Positions 27,080-38,711 are shown, counted from the first letter of the stretch. The stretch: DNA of 64,000 bases from Candidatus Eiseniibacteriota bacterium (GCA_044223005.1 JBGAML010000004.1:128001-192000); one strand, 5' to 3'. The notes: generated by a model from the letters alone, not told the origin. Made by a program: numbers and translations.

Positions 27080-27570
27080 CGCCCCGTCTCCCCGACGCCC
27101 GGCAGCAGCGCCGGCATGCGGCCGCTCGAGTACATCGTCTCGAGCTGGGGCCGCAGCCAGGCGCCGACGGTCTCGCCGTTGGCCATCACCGTGTCGGCGA
27201 GGAACTCGCGCTCGACCGTGGAGAGCCCCGCCTCGATCGCCTCGAGCTTCGCCTTGATGATGAGCAGGATGCCGCGCCAGCGACTGCGACAGGCCTGCTC
27301 CCAGCGCGCGCGCTGCGTTTCCGCGGGGACCTTGGAATAGGGCTGCGGACGCCCCCGGTACATGCGCTGCGTGAACTCGGGCTGGTCCGGGCGGGGAAGC
27401 GGCACCGCGAGCCGCACCATGCGTCCACCCATCGTCCAGCCGATGATCGCGGCGCCCTTCTCCGTGTCGAACGCCGACATGAATTGCCCGGCGCCCTTCT
27501 GCACGAGCAGCCGCTCGATCTCAGCGCGCGAACGTTCGACAGAAACCGTGGTGCCCTCGGCGTAGCTCAT
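27076..27570 (-). CDS. Conserved hypothetical phage protein
   Basis: YAEGTTVSVERSRAEIERLL...WRGILLIIKAKLEAIEAG...EREFLA. Confidence 0.75.
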   Translation of the reverse strand: MSYAEGTTVSVERSRAEIERLLVQKGAGQFMSAFDTEKGAAIIGWTMGGRMVRLAVPLPRPDQPEFTQRMYRGRPQPYSKVPAETQRARWEQACRSRWRGILLIIKAKLEAIEAGLSTVEREFLADTVMANGETVGAWLRPQLETMYSSGRMPALLPGVGETGR

Positions 27571-29180
27571 CGGGCACCCCCGCGGCGCTTAGCCGGCTTC
27601 GCCTTCTGCGAGCCACCGCGCTTCTTCGCCTCCGCAGGGGTGTCCGGCTTCACCTTCGGCGCTTTCGCGGCCGCGAGCTCGGCAAGGACTTCCTTCTCGG
27701 CGGCCTTCGTGATCGCGCTCAGGCCGATCCCGAACCGGCGGGCGAAGTCCTCGGCCGCATAGCGATTCCCGTCCGCCAGCAGCACGATCGCCGTGGCCCA
27801 GAGGTCCGACATCTCGAGCCGCTCGAGCGCCGTCTCGAGCTTCTCCTTCGGCTGCAGGATCTGGCGCTCGCGCAGCATCTCCAGCGCGCCTTCGTCCCCG
27901 TCGTAGCTGAGCTGCAGGTACTCGCGGAGCAGCTCCTCGGACGGAGCCTGGCGGGCGAACTCGATCGCCTTCTTCCACAGCTCTGTCGCGAACGCCTTCA
28001 TGGCGCGCTGGCGGATCTCCGACTTCAGGCGCCAGTCCTCGGGAGAAGGCGCACTCGGCTCCTGCGCCTTCTCCGCCGCGGCCTTCTTCGTCTTCTTCCT
28101 GGCGACGAGCGCGTCGAACTCCGTGCGCTGGTAGACGGGCACCACGCCGCCCTTCTCGCCACGGGCGAGGTAAACCTGCGGCTCGATCGCCTTCGCTGTC
28201 GCGATCTGCCGGAATGTGCGCCGCTCCTTGTCGCGGTCGTCCTTCTCGGTGAGCCGCACGAAGCTGCCGTTGAACTTCTCCACCGCGCGCGTCGCCTTGC
28301 CGAGCGGCAGGATCTTCGCCATCGGGTGCTTCTGCGCCTGCGCCACCTTCGCCGCCTGGTCCCATGCCGCGGCCACCTTGAGCCCGTAGCAGGTCGGGTT
28401 CGTGCACAGGTTCGTTTCGTCGACGTCGCCGAAGAGATCGGGCGAGCAGCCGGTCCGCATCGGGCAGCGCGTGCAAGCGCCGGCCGCCGGGACCAGGTGT
28501 TCGTCGTCGAGTGCGAAAGGCGCATCGGCGAGGGTCAGCATGTACTTCTCGCGGATCAGCTCCGCGGCCTCGCGCGCAGGCATCGGCAGCTTCACCGTCT
28601 TCCCGTTCACCCAGCGCGTGATCCCCTCGAGGATCTCGACGACCGCCTTCGCCTGCAGCTTCGGATCCGGAATCCGCGCGACGAGGAGTGCCGTCGCGAC
28701 GGCGCCGGGATCTCGCCGCAGGATGTCTTTGGCGGCCTCCGTCAGTGATGCGAGGCGGAGCCGCCCGGCGACGTAGCCGCGCGACTTCCCGATCGCAGCT
28801 GCGAGCGATTCCGTCGTATGCGATCCCGCGGTCAGCAGCCGCTGGAGCGCTTCGGCCTCTTCGAGCGGATGCAGGTTCTCGCGCTGCAGGTTCTCGACCA
28901 GCTGGACCTCGAGCGCCTCGGCGTCCGTCAGCTCGCGCACGAAGCACGGGACGGCCGAGATCTGGAGCTCCTCCGCGCAGGCGAGCCGGCGATGCCCACA
29001 GACGACCTGGTAGCTGTCGCCGAGCGGTCGCACGATCAGCGGGGAGAGGATCCCGTGCGCCGAGATGCTGTCGCGCAGGCCCGAGAGATCGTCGAGCGGC
29101 CCCGCGGCGCGCGGATTGTCGGGGTGAGCCACGAGAAGCCCGACGCCCAGCTCGCGAACGTCCTTCGCGTGCGCGCTCAT
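27567..29180 (-). CDS. ParB/RepB/Spo0J family protein
   Basis: HPDNPR, GILSPLIVR, VCGHRR, ENLQRENLHPLEEA, HTH, C-terminal Cys cluster. Confidence 0.9.
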   Translation of the reverse strand: MSAHAKDVRELGVGLLVAHPDNPRAAGPLDDLSGLRDSISAHGILSPLIVRPLGDSYQVVCGHRRLACAEELQISAVPCFVRELTDAEALEVQLVENLQRENLHPLEEAEALQRLLTAGSHTTESLAAAIGKSRGYVAGRLRLASLTEAAKDILRRDPGAVATALLVARIPDPKLQAKAVVEILEGITRWVNGKTVKLPMPAREAAELIREKYMLTLADAPFALDDEHLVPAAGACTRCPMRTGCSPDLFGDVDETNLCTNPTCYGLKVAAAWDQAAKVAQAQKHPMAKILPLGKATRAVEKFNGSFVRLTEKDDRDKERRTFRQIATAKAIEPQVYLARGEKGGVVPVYQRTEFDALVARKKTKKAAAEKAQEPSAPSPEDWRLKSEIRQRAMKAFATELWKKAIEFARQAPSEELLREYLQLSYDGDEGALEMLRERQILQPKEKLETALERLEMSDLWATAIVLLADGNRYAAEDFARRFGIGLSAITKAAEKEVLAELAAAKAPKVKPDTPAEAKKRGGSQKAKPAKRRGGAR

Positions 29181-29521
29181 CGGGCACCACCGTCCGAGTG
29201 GACCGATGCCCCGCCGACACGGAGGCCACCGGCCGTCATGCACGGCTCGAGCCGAGCCGCGGCGTTGCGCGTGGCGATGGCGGCGTTGGCCGTCATCACC
29301 GCTTCGCGGACCTTCCGGATCGCCGCGGCGAGATCGGGCCCCACGGGGCAGCTCGCCTGCATCTCCATCGCGAGCTCGAGCGCCCGTGCACGGATGCGCT
29401 TGTAGCGCTCCGGCTGGTCGCCCTCGGGGGCGTGGTACGTGAACAGATCCTCGAGCGCGGTGCGCGTTTCCGCGGCGGTGCCGCGCGGCTCCGGGGTGCT
29501 ATCGGGTGCGTGGATGGACAT
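29177..29521 (-). CDS. Acb2/Tad1-like hairpin protein (putative immune-signal sponge)
   Basis: FTYHAP...RYKRIR...CPVG..AAAIRKVREAVMTANAAIA; GGAGGAG RBS. Confidence 0.7.
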   Translation of the reverse strand: MSIHAPDSTPEPRGTAAETRTALEDLFTYHAPEGDQPERYKRIRARALELAMEMQASCPVGPDLAAAIRKVREAVMTANAAIATRNAAARLEPCMTAGGLRVGGASVHSDGGAR

Positions 29522-29858
29522 GCTGGCTCCTCCGTGCCGTTGCTGCTCCAGTTCGGAAACCACGTCGTGAGTTGGCGGGATCGGGAGTGGGGAGCGATGG
29601 GTCGACCTTCGGGGCGTCGGCGCGCGTGAGGCCTCCCGGCCCGTGGCGCCCGCAGTCGACGATCCGGCCCTCAGGCGCCGGCGCGCGGCCGTCGAAGTCG
29701 CCGCCTTCCGCGCGCGCGATGAGTTCGCGTGCGTCGTCGGCTGACGCGGCCTCCACGACCCACCAGCGATTCGCCCAGGCCTTGGTCCACGGCCAGAGGT
29801 CTCGCCGGCTGACGCGGGGCTTGCGCTCGCGCCCGAAGAGAGCGAGGAGCATCAGCAC
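29499..29858 (-). CDS. Hypothetical phage protein
   Basis: 119 aa; VVEAASADDARE motif; coupled. Confidence 0.45.
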   Translation of the reverse strand: MLMLLALFGRERKPRVSRRDLWPWTKAWANRWWVVEAASADDARELIARAEGGDFDGRAPAPEGRIVDCGRHGPGGLTRADAPKVDPSLPTPDPANSRRGFRTGAATARRSQHVHPRTR

Positions 29859-30583
29859 GGCGGGGGCCCTCCCGCAGCGGAGGCCGGCCCCGCGGTATGA
29901 TTGGCCGAGTCCGGCTCACCGGGCAGCTCGATGGCGCGGCGGGCGGGGGTCACCAGCCGCAGCGAGCTCTCGTGCTGCTGCTGCTCGTCGAGCAGGAGGC
30001 GGATCTTCCCGAGGATGGCCGCGCGCTTTTCTTCCGCGCCGCGTCCGGCCCGCTCGATCGCGCGAAGGGACTCGACGTGAGGCCCGGAGAGCGCGAGTCG
30101 CGCCTCGCCGGCGAGGAGCGTCTGGAGCCGGGCCATACGGAAGCGCGTCAGGATCCACTCGCGTCCGTGCAGACGCTCGCTCACCAGCGCCTGGTCGCGC
30201 TGTTCCGCGGAGGTGAGCTCGCCCTCGAGCGCTGCGAGTTCGCCCGGGCCCGCGGGGATGCCGTTGGTCGAGCCGCGCCGGTGCTGAAGCTTGGCGCGCA
30301 GGGAGCGCACGCGGCCCGCGGTTTCCGCGAGCAGTCGCTCGGACTCCTGGTCGAACGTCCCCAATCGCTCGCGCTGTTGCTCGAGGTCGGCGCGCGCCTC
30401 CGCGTGCGCTTCCTGGGCGAGCTCGAGCAGCTCGTCGGCAAGGCCCTGCAGTTCGACGAGCTGGTCGGTCGCCTGCCCGGCGAGCGTGATCGCGCGCTCG
30501 AGGTCGGGAATCTCCCGCCGAAGCTCTTCGACGGTGGGGCGGACGAGTGTGATCTGCGGACGGCCCGCGCTGTCGGTGCTCAT
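29852..30583 (-). CDS. Coiled-coil phage protein
   Basis: ATG 30583 overlaps the upstream stop; heptad-rich. Confidence 0.6.
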   Translation of the reverse strand: MSTDSAGRPQITLVRPTVEELRREIPDLERAITLAGQATDQLVELQGLADELLELAQEAHAEARADLEQQRERLGTFDQESERLLAETAGRVRSLRAKLQHRRGSTNGIPAGPGELAALEGELTSAEQRDQALVSERLHGREWILTRFRMARLQTLLAGEARLALSGPHVESLRAIERAGRGAEEKRAAILGKIRLLLDEQQQHESSLRLVTPARRAIELPGEPDSANHTAGPASAAGGPPPC

Positions 30584-30789
30584 CGCGGCACCTCGCGGAA
30601 GTAGCCGCTGCGAGCCTGCCGGGAAGCCAGGTCCCACGTGGGTGCGGAGGCAACGACGACGCGACGGCCGGTCGTGCGGCTGGTGATGTGCGCAGTGCAG
30701 CGCCCGCGATCGTTGAACACGCGGATCTTGAGACCCTTCGTCGCGCCGAGCTGGCGGGCGACCTGGCGCTTGAGGCGCTTGCGGGTCAT
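30580..30789 (-). CDS. Hypothetical phage protein
   Basis: 69 aa, GAGG RBS, coupled. Confidence 0.5.
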   Translation of the reverse strand: MTRKRLKRQVARQLGATKGLKIRVFNDRGRCTAHITSRTTGRRVVVASAPTWDLASRQARSGYFREVPR

Positions 30790-31064
30790 CGCGCCACCTC
30801 GGCCGATTCGGGCGCCGCGAGAGACGCGACGGCGTCGCCCGATCCGAAGGCGATCCAGCCGAGCCAGGCGACGGCGAGCGCGAGAAGGAGCAGGCCGAGC
30901 GCCAGCGCGGGGGACTCCGAGCGCGGCGCGTCGGCCTGCGAGAGGGCGCGGCCAGTGTACTGGCGACAGGGGACGGCGCCGGCCGGGCGGGGGCGAGGGC
31001 TGGCGGGAACGCGGAGGGGTGCAGATCGGCGGTCAGGCATCCGAGCCTTTCCACCTGCACTCAC
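30786..31064 (-). CDS. Small membrane protein
   Basis: One hydrophobic helix LALGLLLLALAVAWLGWIAF; start uncertain. Confidence 0.45.
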   Translation of the reverse strand: MSAGGKARMPDRRSAPLRVPASPRPRPAGAVPCRQYTGRALSQADAPRSESPALALGLLLLALAVAWLGWIAFGSGDAVASLAAPESAEVAR

Positions 31065-31105
31065 AGTTGCGACCGTGATCGCGGCTCGCGCCCGCTCGAT
31101 CCCCG

Positions 31106-31141
31106 AAAAAGGGTCGAGCCCCGGGGTTTCCCCCGGGGCTC
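31106..31141 (-). terminator. Intrinsic terminator after tRNA
   Basis: GAGCCCCGGGG-GAAA-CCCCGGGGCTC stem followed by GACCC-TTTTT on the minus strand. Confidence 0.8.
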
Positions 31142-31149
31142 TCCGATTT

Positions 31150-31226
<77 letters not shown>

Positions 31227-31533
31227 GCAACTGGAGGGGAACGTAGCCGTCCCCCGCGGGGCTGTCAAACCGGCCCGGCGCGTTGTTCGGCCACGGTCAA
31301 GCGCGTTCCGGCGCCGTCCCGCGCCGCGCGACCCGCCGCCCGCGCTCGGCACTGTCCCCGCATCGCGCGCAACCGCCTCGGCTTGCGGCCGCGCGCGGGC
31401 CGCTCCCCGCGCGGGTCCCGGGCGCGTTGCGCCGGCGGCGGGGCGTCATTATGCTGCGGAACTCGACCGGGTCGTTGCGTCGCATTCTCGCTTTCCCGCC
31501 CTCTTCGGAAGTTCCGTTCGGAGGTTTTCGCCG

Positions 31534-32361
31534 ATGCGTTTCCGCCTCGCGGCAGTGTCGGCGGTCGTGTTCTCGCTGGTCGCGATCTTCACCGCGACGC
31601 AGGCCCAGGCCGCCGCCGAAGTCCACCGCCTCAATCTCGTCCTCGCGGGCATCCCGACGCAGGTGGCGGGAGGGGACTTCAACGACGCCATCGACTACTT
31701 CAACAAGGCCCGGCTCACGCCGCGCGGTCTCGAGGAGCTCAAGCACCCCGACTTCACGTGGGGCTACGAGGCCGAGCTGCGCTACTTCGTCCGCCAGAAC
31801 GTGGCGGTGACCGCGGGCGTGTCGCAGATCCGCGTGTCGCAGAAGAACGAGTACCTGCCGGCCATCTCGCAGAGCGTGGACGTGCGCGCCGAGATCCTCA
31901 CGGTGCCGATCCACGTGGGCGCGCTCTACTACATGCAGGCGTACAACCAGGGCGACTTCCAGGCGCGCGCCTACCTCGGCGGCGGTCTGGTCCAGTACAC
32001 GCACACGCGGGCGAGCTTCCAGCAGACGGTCATCAACCCGGACTCGGTGCTCAACTACAACTGGTCGGCGCCGAACCACCCCGAGTACGGCTCGAACTAC
32101 CAGTACGTCCTCACGCAGGACGCGCCGGGCGCGTACGTCGAGGGCGGTGCGCACATGTTCTTCGCGGCGCGCTACTCCATGATGATCGCGGCGGTCTACC
32201 GCACGGGCGTCATGCGCGGCGTGCGGCTCGACAAGCTCGAGGCCAAGGGCAACGTCCTGTCGTCCGGCCCCAGCACGGTCGCGACCAACTCGAAGGGCCA
32301 GCCCATGTCGCTCGACGTCGGCGGCGTGGGGGTCAAGTTCGCGGTCGGCATCGGCTTCTGA
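31534..32361 (+). CDS. Outer-membrane beta-barrel protein
   Basis: Signal peptide (AQA), amphipathic strands, terminal Phe. Confidence 0.75.
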   Translation: MRFRLAAVSAVVFSLVAIFTATQAQAAAEVHRLNLVLAGIPTQVAGGDFNDAIDYFNKARLTPRGLEELKHPDFTWGYEAELRYFVRQNVAVTAGVSQIRVSQKNEYLPAISQSVDVRAEILTVPIHVGALYYMQAYNQGDFQARAYLGGGLVQYTHTRASFQQTVINPDSVLNYNWSAPNHPEYGSNYQYVLTQDAPGAYVEGGAHMFFAARYSMMIAAVYRTGVMRGVRLDKLEAKGNVLSSGPSTVATNSKGQPMSLDVGGVGVKFAVGIGF

Positions 32362-32378
32362 TCCCGGCCCGAAACGCC

Positions 32379-32415
32379 ACGGCGGCCGTCCCTCGCGGGG
32401 CGGCCGCCGTCGTTT
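32379..32415. terminator. Hairpin between convergent genes
   Basis: ACGGCGGCCGTCCC-TCGC-GGGGCGGCCGCCGT. Confidence 0.65.
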
Positions 32416-32428
32416 GCGGTCCGGGCGT

Positions 32429-32800
32429 TCAGCGCCGCGCGCTGCTGTCCGCGTGCCCGCCGCCGAAGCGGTAGACGATCTCGCCGGGGCGCGCCATGCC
32501 CTGCGCCCGCAGCACCTCCTCGGCGTGGCGGGCGCGCTCGTCCGGGTCCTCGAGCCGCGCCTCGAGCCTGGCGGTCTCGCCGTGCACGCGCCGGATCTCG
32601 GACTGCGCCGAGGCGAGCTCGTGCCGGAGCTTGGAGATCCGCCACAGGCTGTGGTCCGAGAGGAAGCCCGCCCAGAGCAGCCACGCGATCGGCAGCAGCC
32701 AGAGCCAGTGAATGCGCGAAGGCTGTCCGCCGCCGGGAGCGTAGGGCGAGTTCAGCGGCCGGCTCAGCACCCGCCCGGTGATGTCGCGAGGACCCGACAC
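32429..32800 (-). CDS. ftsB: Septum formation initiator (FtsB/DivIC family)
   Basis: TM helix plus coiled coil and GMARPGEIVY; downstream of eno. Confidence 0.8.
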   Translation of the reverse strand: MSGPRDITGRVLSRPLNSPYAPGGGQPSRIHWLWLLPIAWLLWAGFLSDHSLWRISKLRHELASAQSEIRRVHGETARLEARLEDPDERARHAEEVLRAQGMARPGEIVYRFGGGHADSSARR

Positions 32801-32888
32801 TGCACCTCCGTGTGTACGAGGCCGCCCCGCGCGGACGCGGGGCGGCTCGCCGTCGTCGTCGCGCCGTTCCGTGGCGCGATCGATGTTC

Positions 32889-34310
<1,422 letters not shown>

Positions 34311-34345
34311 TTACCCCCCCTCGGCCCGTACTCGGACCTGACGGC

Positions 34346-34924
34346 GTGGGCCTCGAATTCCGGGAGGATGCGGAACTCGTCCGTGGGGCGCTCGCCGGCG
34401 ACCCGAGGGCTTGCCGCGACCTCGTCCGCAAGTACCAGCGCCAGGTGTTCTCGGTCCTGATGCGCGTGGTGCGACGAGCCGAGGACGCGGAGGACCTCTC
34501 GCAGGAGACGTTCGTCCGGATGTTCCGGGCGCTCGAGCGCTACGACCCCGAGCGACCCTTCACGGCCTGGCTGTTCACGATCGCGACGCGGCTCGCGATC
34601 GATCACCTGCGGCGACGACGCGTGCAGACGGTGTCGCTGAACGTGTCGGAACCGGGATCCACCGAGGAGCGCACCATCGACGTGGAGGACACGGGCCTCA
34701 AGCCCGACGAGATCACGTCGAACGCCGAAGAGGAACGCAACGCGCAGGACCTGATCGACTCGCTGCCCGAGCATTACCGGATCGTCGTGCTCCTGCGGCA
34801 CCAGCAGGACCTGTCGTACGAAGAGATCTCCGAGGCACTCAATCTTCCACTGGGCACCGTGAAGGCCCGCATTCACCGCGCCCGCGCACTGCTCAAGGAC
34901 CGCATCGAAGGCAAGACGCCATGA
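34346..34924 (+). CDS. ECF RNA polymerase sigma factor (SigW/RpoE-like)
   Basis: DAEDLSQETF, FTAWLFTIA, LSYEEISEALNLPLGTVKARIHRAR. Confidence 0.95.
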   Translation: MGLEFREDAELVRGALAGDPRACRDLVRKYQRQVFSVLMRVVRRAEDAEDLSQETFVRMFRALERYDPERPFTAWLFTIATRLAIDHLRRRRVQTVSLNVSEPGSTEERTIDVEDTGLKPDEITSNAEEERNAQDLIDSLPEHYRIVVLLRHQQDLSYEEISEALNLPLGTVKARIHRARALLKDRIEGKTP

Positions 34925-35541
34925 GCCACTGTCCCGAATCCTTCCGCGCGCAGGACTACCTCGACGGCGAGTTGGTGCCCGCCGAGCGCGAGGCGTTCGA
35001 GGCGCACCTCGCCAGGTGCGCGATCTGCGACCGTGAAGTCGCCATCTATCGCCGTGTGTTCGCGTCGATGACCGCGATCGAGACGTGGGATCCCGGGCCG
35101 GCCTTCACCGAGCGCGTCATGGCGGAGGTCATGCCGAAGCGCGCCGGCCGCTGGGTGCCCGCCGTGGCGTGGGCCGCGGGCGGTTCGCTGTTCGCCACGG
35201 CCGCGACCATCGCGGTCGCGACGCTGCTGCCCGGGCCGCGCGCCTGGACGCTCGACCTCTTCGCGGACGCGACGCGGTCGCTGGCGGGCTCGTTCGTCTT
35301 CCTGCTCAAGTCGTTCAACACGGGCGTGCTGCGCGCACTCGAGGGCGTCGGCGCGTGGGGCGGCCTGCTCACGCGACTCGGCGGCTTCGCCCGCACGCTG
35401 GTGCTGTCGGCGTCGCATCCCGCCGTCGCGTTCACGCTCTGGTCCGCGCTGCTCGTCGGGGGCGCTCTGCTGTGGTGGATGCGGCCGCGCGAGCACCGCT
35501 CCACCGGGGAGGATCGCCATGTCGGCCTTCTGGGGCTCTGA
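34921..35541 (+). CDS. Zinc-finger anti-sigma factor
   Basis: ATGA-coupled; YLDGEL...FEAHLARCAIC (HxxxCxxC); TM helices. Confidence 0.9.
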   Translation: MSHCPESFRAQDYLDGELVPAEREAFEAHLARCAICDREVAIYRRVFASMTAIETWDPGPAFTERVMAEVMPKRAGRWVPAVAWAAGGSLFATAATIAVATLLPGPRAWTLDLFADATRSLAGSFVFLLKSFNTGVLRALEGVGAWGGLLTRLGGFARTLVLSASHPAVAFTLWSALLVGGALLWWMRPREHRSTGEDRHVGLLGL

Positions 35542-36748
35542 CGTCCGGCCCGCCGTGCTGTCGTTGTTCACCGCCGTCGCGCTGCTCGCGACCGCGGGTA
35601 GCGCCGAAGCTCGGCGCGAGAAGGTCACGCAGACGACCACGGACCACGGCACGGTGCGCGTGCGCGAGCTGGACGGCCGCGTGGTGGAGCGCGTGGTCAT
35701 CGACGACCACGGCGTCACCGTGTCGACGTCGAACGGCGACTCGCTCGTCGCCGGCGATTCGCTCGGGCATGGCGCGCTGGTGATCGACGAGGGCAACGGC
35801 ATCGTGCGCTTCCTGTCGGACGCGCGCGTCAAGCCCGGCGATCACGTCGACGGCGACGTGGTGGCGATCCTCGGCAACGTCCACGTGGCCGGCGAGGTCA
35901 CGGGTTCGGCCGTCGCGGTGTTCGGGCGCGTCGAGATCGAAAAGGGCGGTTCCGTCGGCGGCGACGCCGTCGCCGTGTTCGGAGGGCTGAAGCACGCCGG
36001 CGTCGCGAGCGGCAGCACGGTCGCCGTGCTGGGTGGTGTCGACCTGCAGCCGGGCGCGAGCGTGGGCGGCGACGCGGTCGCCGTCGGCGGCGGCGTCAGC
36101 GATCCCGAGGGCACGCACGTCGCGGGGCAGAGCGTTTCGATCTCCATGCTGCCGCTCACTCTCGGCCTGCCGGCGCTGCCGGTGGTGCTCACGGCCATCG
36201 CACTCGGCTGGCTCGCCACCGTGTTCTTCGGCTGGCTCTTCGGAGTGCTGTTCCCCGACCGGCTCGCGCGCGTCGCGGTGACGTCGTCGCGCCACACGTT
36301 CCTCTCGATCGTGATCTCGCTGCTCTCGCTCGTGCTCTGGCCGATGGCCGCGATCCTCATCATGGCCACGATCATCGGCCTGCCCGTCGGCATCGTGCTC
36401 TGGCTCGCGTACCCGGTGGTGATCTACGCCGGCCAGCTCGCGGCCACGTACGTGCTCGGCTGCAAGCTGGTCCGCCGCCGGCTCGGCGAGGGCCGGCCGC
36501 TCGGCCCGATCGCCGCGGGCTCGGCGCTGATCGCGTTCTTCTACGCGGCCGCCGCGATCGCCTTCGCCGCGGGTGGCATCGGCGGCGCGTTCGCGCTCTT
36601 CCTGGGCCTCGTCGGCCTGCTCGTGCTGCTCGGCCTGACGGCGATCGGCACCGGGGCGCTGCTGCTCTCGCGCTTCGGCTCGCGCTCCCGCGGCGACGAC
36701 GCTCCCATGCCGGTTCCGGCGGGCGCGCCGGGGGCCGCGACGGCCTGA
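35519..36748 (+). CDS. Membrane protein with bactofilin-like beta-helix repeats
   Basis: Repeated GDAVAVFGG motifs followed by several TM helices. Confidence 0.75.
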   Translation: MSAFWGSDVRPAVLSLFTAVALLATAGSAEARREKVTQTTTDHGTVRVRELDGRVVERVVIDDHGVTVSTSNGDSLVAGDSLGHGALVIDEGNGIVRFLSDARVKPGDHVDGDVVAILGNVHVAGEVTGSAVAVFGRVEIEKGGSVGGDAVAVFGGLKHAGVASGSTVAVLGGVDLQPGASVGGDAVAVGGGVSDPEGTHVAGQSVSISMLPLTLGLPALPVVLTAIALGWLATVFFGWLFGVLFPDRLARVAVTSSRHTFLSIVISLLSLVLWPMAAILIMATIIGLPVGIVLWLAYPVVIYAGQLAATYVLGCKLVRRRLGEGRPLGPIAAGSALIAFFYAAAAIAFAAGGIGGAFALFLGLVGLLVLLGLTAIGTGALLLSRFGSRSRGDDAPMPVPAGAPGAATA

Positions 36749-36987
36749 TCGGCGATCGCCTGCCGCGACGCGGCCGCGCTGGGTGAGACCACCCGCGCGG
36801 CCGCTTCGCGTGGGGGCGGCCACCCGCCCGGCGCGCCCCGGTGATCCGGGCAACTCGCGAGCCCGCCGGGCGCTGCGCGCGGGGGCCCGCGGAAATGCCT
36901 GCGATTCCGGGGCGTCCGGGGCGGCGTGCACCGTGCACGATGGAGCGGGTGAGCCGGCGCGGCGTGGCATGTTCGTCGCCTTAGGGA

Positions 36988-37983
36988 GTGGGCATGAACC
37001 GACTGCCCCGCCTCTCGATCGCCCTCGCGGCCCTCGCCCTCGCGGCCCCCGTCGCCCCCGTCGCGGCCAACGAACTCGGTGCCGCCGACGCCGCGTCGGG
37101 CATCGTCGTCCACGACGCCGCCGAAACGATGCGCGACTACTGCCGCTGGGAGAACGGGACGCTGTGGTTCGAGCTGCCGGGCGGGACGCGCTGGGAGCTG
37201 GTGACCTCGATCGCCGACCCCGCGATCTCGAACCCGGGCGACGGCGCGTTCCACCCCTTCGACGCCGGCGAAGTCCGCGCGGCGATCGCCGGCGTGCGCT
37301 ACCCGCTGGCGCGCATCTCCGCCGACGTCTTCGTGCTGCCCTACCCGCGCCGCCTCGGGCTCGACTCGGGCGCCGGCCCGGGGCTGATCCTGCTCTCGCC
37401 CGGCGTGCGGCCGATCGCGACCACGCAGCAGCACGCGGAAGTCACGCACGAGCTCGGCCACGTCGTGCAGTACACGCTGATGCCCGATCAGGACGAGGCG
37501 CACTGGAGCGAGTACCGCCGGCTGCGCGGCATCGCGAACACGGCCACCTACTGCGCCAACGCGGCGCACGTCGACCGGCCGCACGAGATCTTCGCCGAGG
37601 ACTTCCGCGCGCTGTTCGGTGACGCGCAGGCGGTCGCCGCGGGCACGATCGAGAACGCCGACCTCGCGTATCCCACCGCGGTCGCCGGCCTCGGGACGTT
37701 CGTCGAAGCGCTGGCCGGCGCGGCGCCGATCGCGACGCCGCTGCGCGCGGCGGTGGCGAGCGCGACGTCGGTGCGCTTCTCGCGCGGCGGCACGGCGGTC
37801 GCGGCGCTCGACCTGTTCGACCTCGGTGGCCGCCGGATCGCGACGCTCGAGCCGGTCGCCGACGCCAACGGCTGCACGTGGCGCTGGGACGGCCGCGACG
37901 CGTCGGGCGCGCGCGTGGCGGCGGGCGTGCTGTGGGCCCGCGTGCGCGACGGCGTGGGCGGCACCGCGAAGTTCGCGCGCTGA
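36988..37983 (+). CDS. Secreted putative zinc metallopeptidase with FlgD/CTD-like C-terminus
   Basis: Signal peptide; HELGH...EIFAE; LFDLGGRRIATL...WDGRDASGARVAAGV. Confidence 0.7.
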   Translation: MGMNRLPRLSIALAALALAAPVAPVAANELGAADAASGIVVHDAAETMRDYCRWENGTLWFELPGGTRWELVTSIADPAISNPGDGAFHPFDAGEVRAAIAGVRYPLARISADVFVLPYPRRLGLDSGAGPGLILLSPGVRPIATTQQHAEVTHELGHVVQYTLMPDQDEAHWSEYRRLRGIANTATYCANAAHVDRPHEIFAEDFRALFGDAQAVAAGTIENADLAYPTAVAGLGTFVEALAGAAPIATPLRAAVASATSVRFSRGGTAVAALDLFDLGGRRIATLEPVADANGCTWRWDGRDASGARVAAGVLWARVRDGVGGTAKFAR

Positions 37984-38002
37984 GCGGTGCGCGGCGCGAA
38001 CG

Positions 38003-38689
38003 TCAGCGCGCCAGGAGCGGCAGGCCGCCCGGCGTGAACTCGGGCGTGACGGCGCGGTCGTGCGAGTCGCCGAAGCCGGTGAAGTTGCGCACGGCGTCGA
38101 ACAGCGAGCGCGGCAGCGCGGTGATCACGCCGAACCCGGCCCGGCGCTGGTCGCGCACCTCGCCCGACACCCAGCCTTCGACCTCCTGCACATCCTCGAC
38201 GCTGAGCGGCTTCACCGTCACGGTCACCACGACGTAGCAGCGGCCGTCGTCGGGGAGCTTCTGCAGCCCGGTGAGCGGCACGGCGATGGGGCGCGACAGG
38301 GCGACCTCGACCGAGTCCACCGAGTGCAGCAGTACGGCGGGCGCGCCGGAACGCTCGATGCGCCACTCCTCGCGCCAGACGTCGTAGCGCAGGCGCACGC
38401 CGAGGTCGGCCGAGCGCTCCATGCGGTCGAACCAGCCCTCGCGGCGCCGCCACAGCTCGGCGTGCACCTGCAGCGTCGCGGGCATGCCGCGCGCGAGGCT
38501 CTTCTCGATGCGCGCCTCGAGCGGATCCTCGAGCCGCGTCGTCACCCAGAGCTGCCCGCCGTCGTCCCGCGCGGCCGTCACGGTGGCGATCTCCAGCGCC
38601 CGTACCGGAGCCGCGGCAGCGAGCAGCACCACCGCGCCCGCGAGGAGGCGGGCGAGGCTGCGCAGTCGGCCGGGGAGTCGGGGAGTCAT
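38003..38689 (-). CDS. DUF4390-like exported protein
   Basis: Signal peptide; SLARGMP...WFD...LRYDVW; ntrY/X-like neighbourhood. Confidence 0.7.
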   Translation of the reverse strand: MTPRLPGRLRSLARLLAGAVVLLAAAAPVRALEIATVTAARDDGGQLWVTTRLEDPLEARIEKSLARGMPATLQVHAELWRRREGWFDRMERSADLGVRLRYDVWREEWRIERSGAPAVLLHSVDSVEVALSRPIAVPLTGLQKLPDDGRCYVVVTVTVKPLSVEDVQEVEGWVSGEVRDQRRAGFGVITALPRSLFDAVRNFTGFGDSHDRAVTPEFTPGGLPLLAR

Positions 38690-38711
38690 GGGAGGGGAGC
38701 CGCCGTGGTCG

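Larger units (their letters stand above)
1..31105 (-). mobile_element. Prophage (long-tailed, lambda-type packaging), left end outside window, right end next to tRNA-fMet 3' end
   Basis: Contiguous tail, tape measure, capsid, portal, terminase, replication and small early genes; gene content switches to housekeeping genes after the tRNA. Confidence 0.93.

Noticed and set aside
1..31105. Gene transfer agent rather than prophage
   Set aside because: It has a replication module, ParB, cos-type terminase, many accessory genes and a tRNA boundary; only the spike genes are GTA-like.
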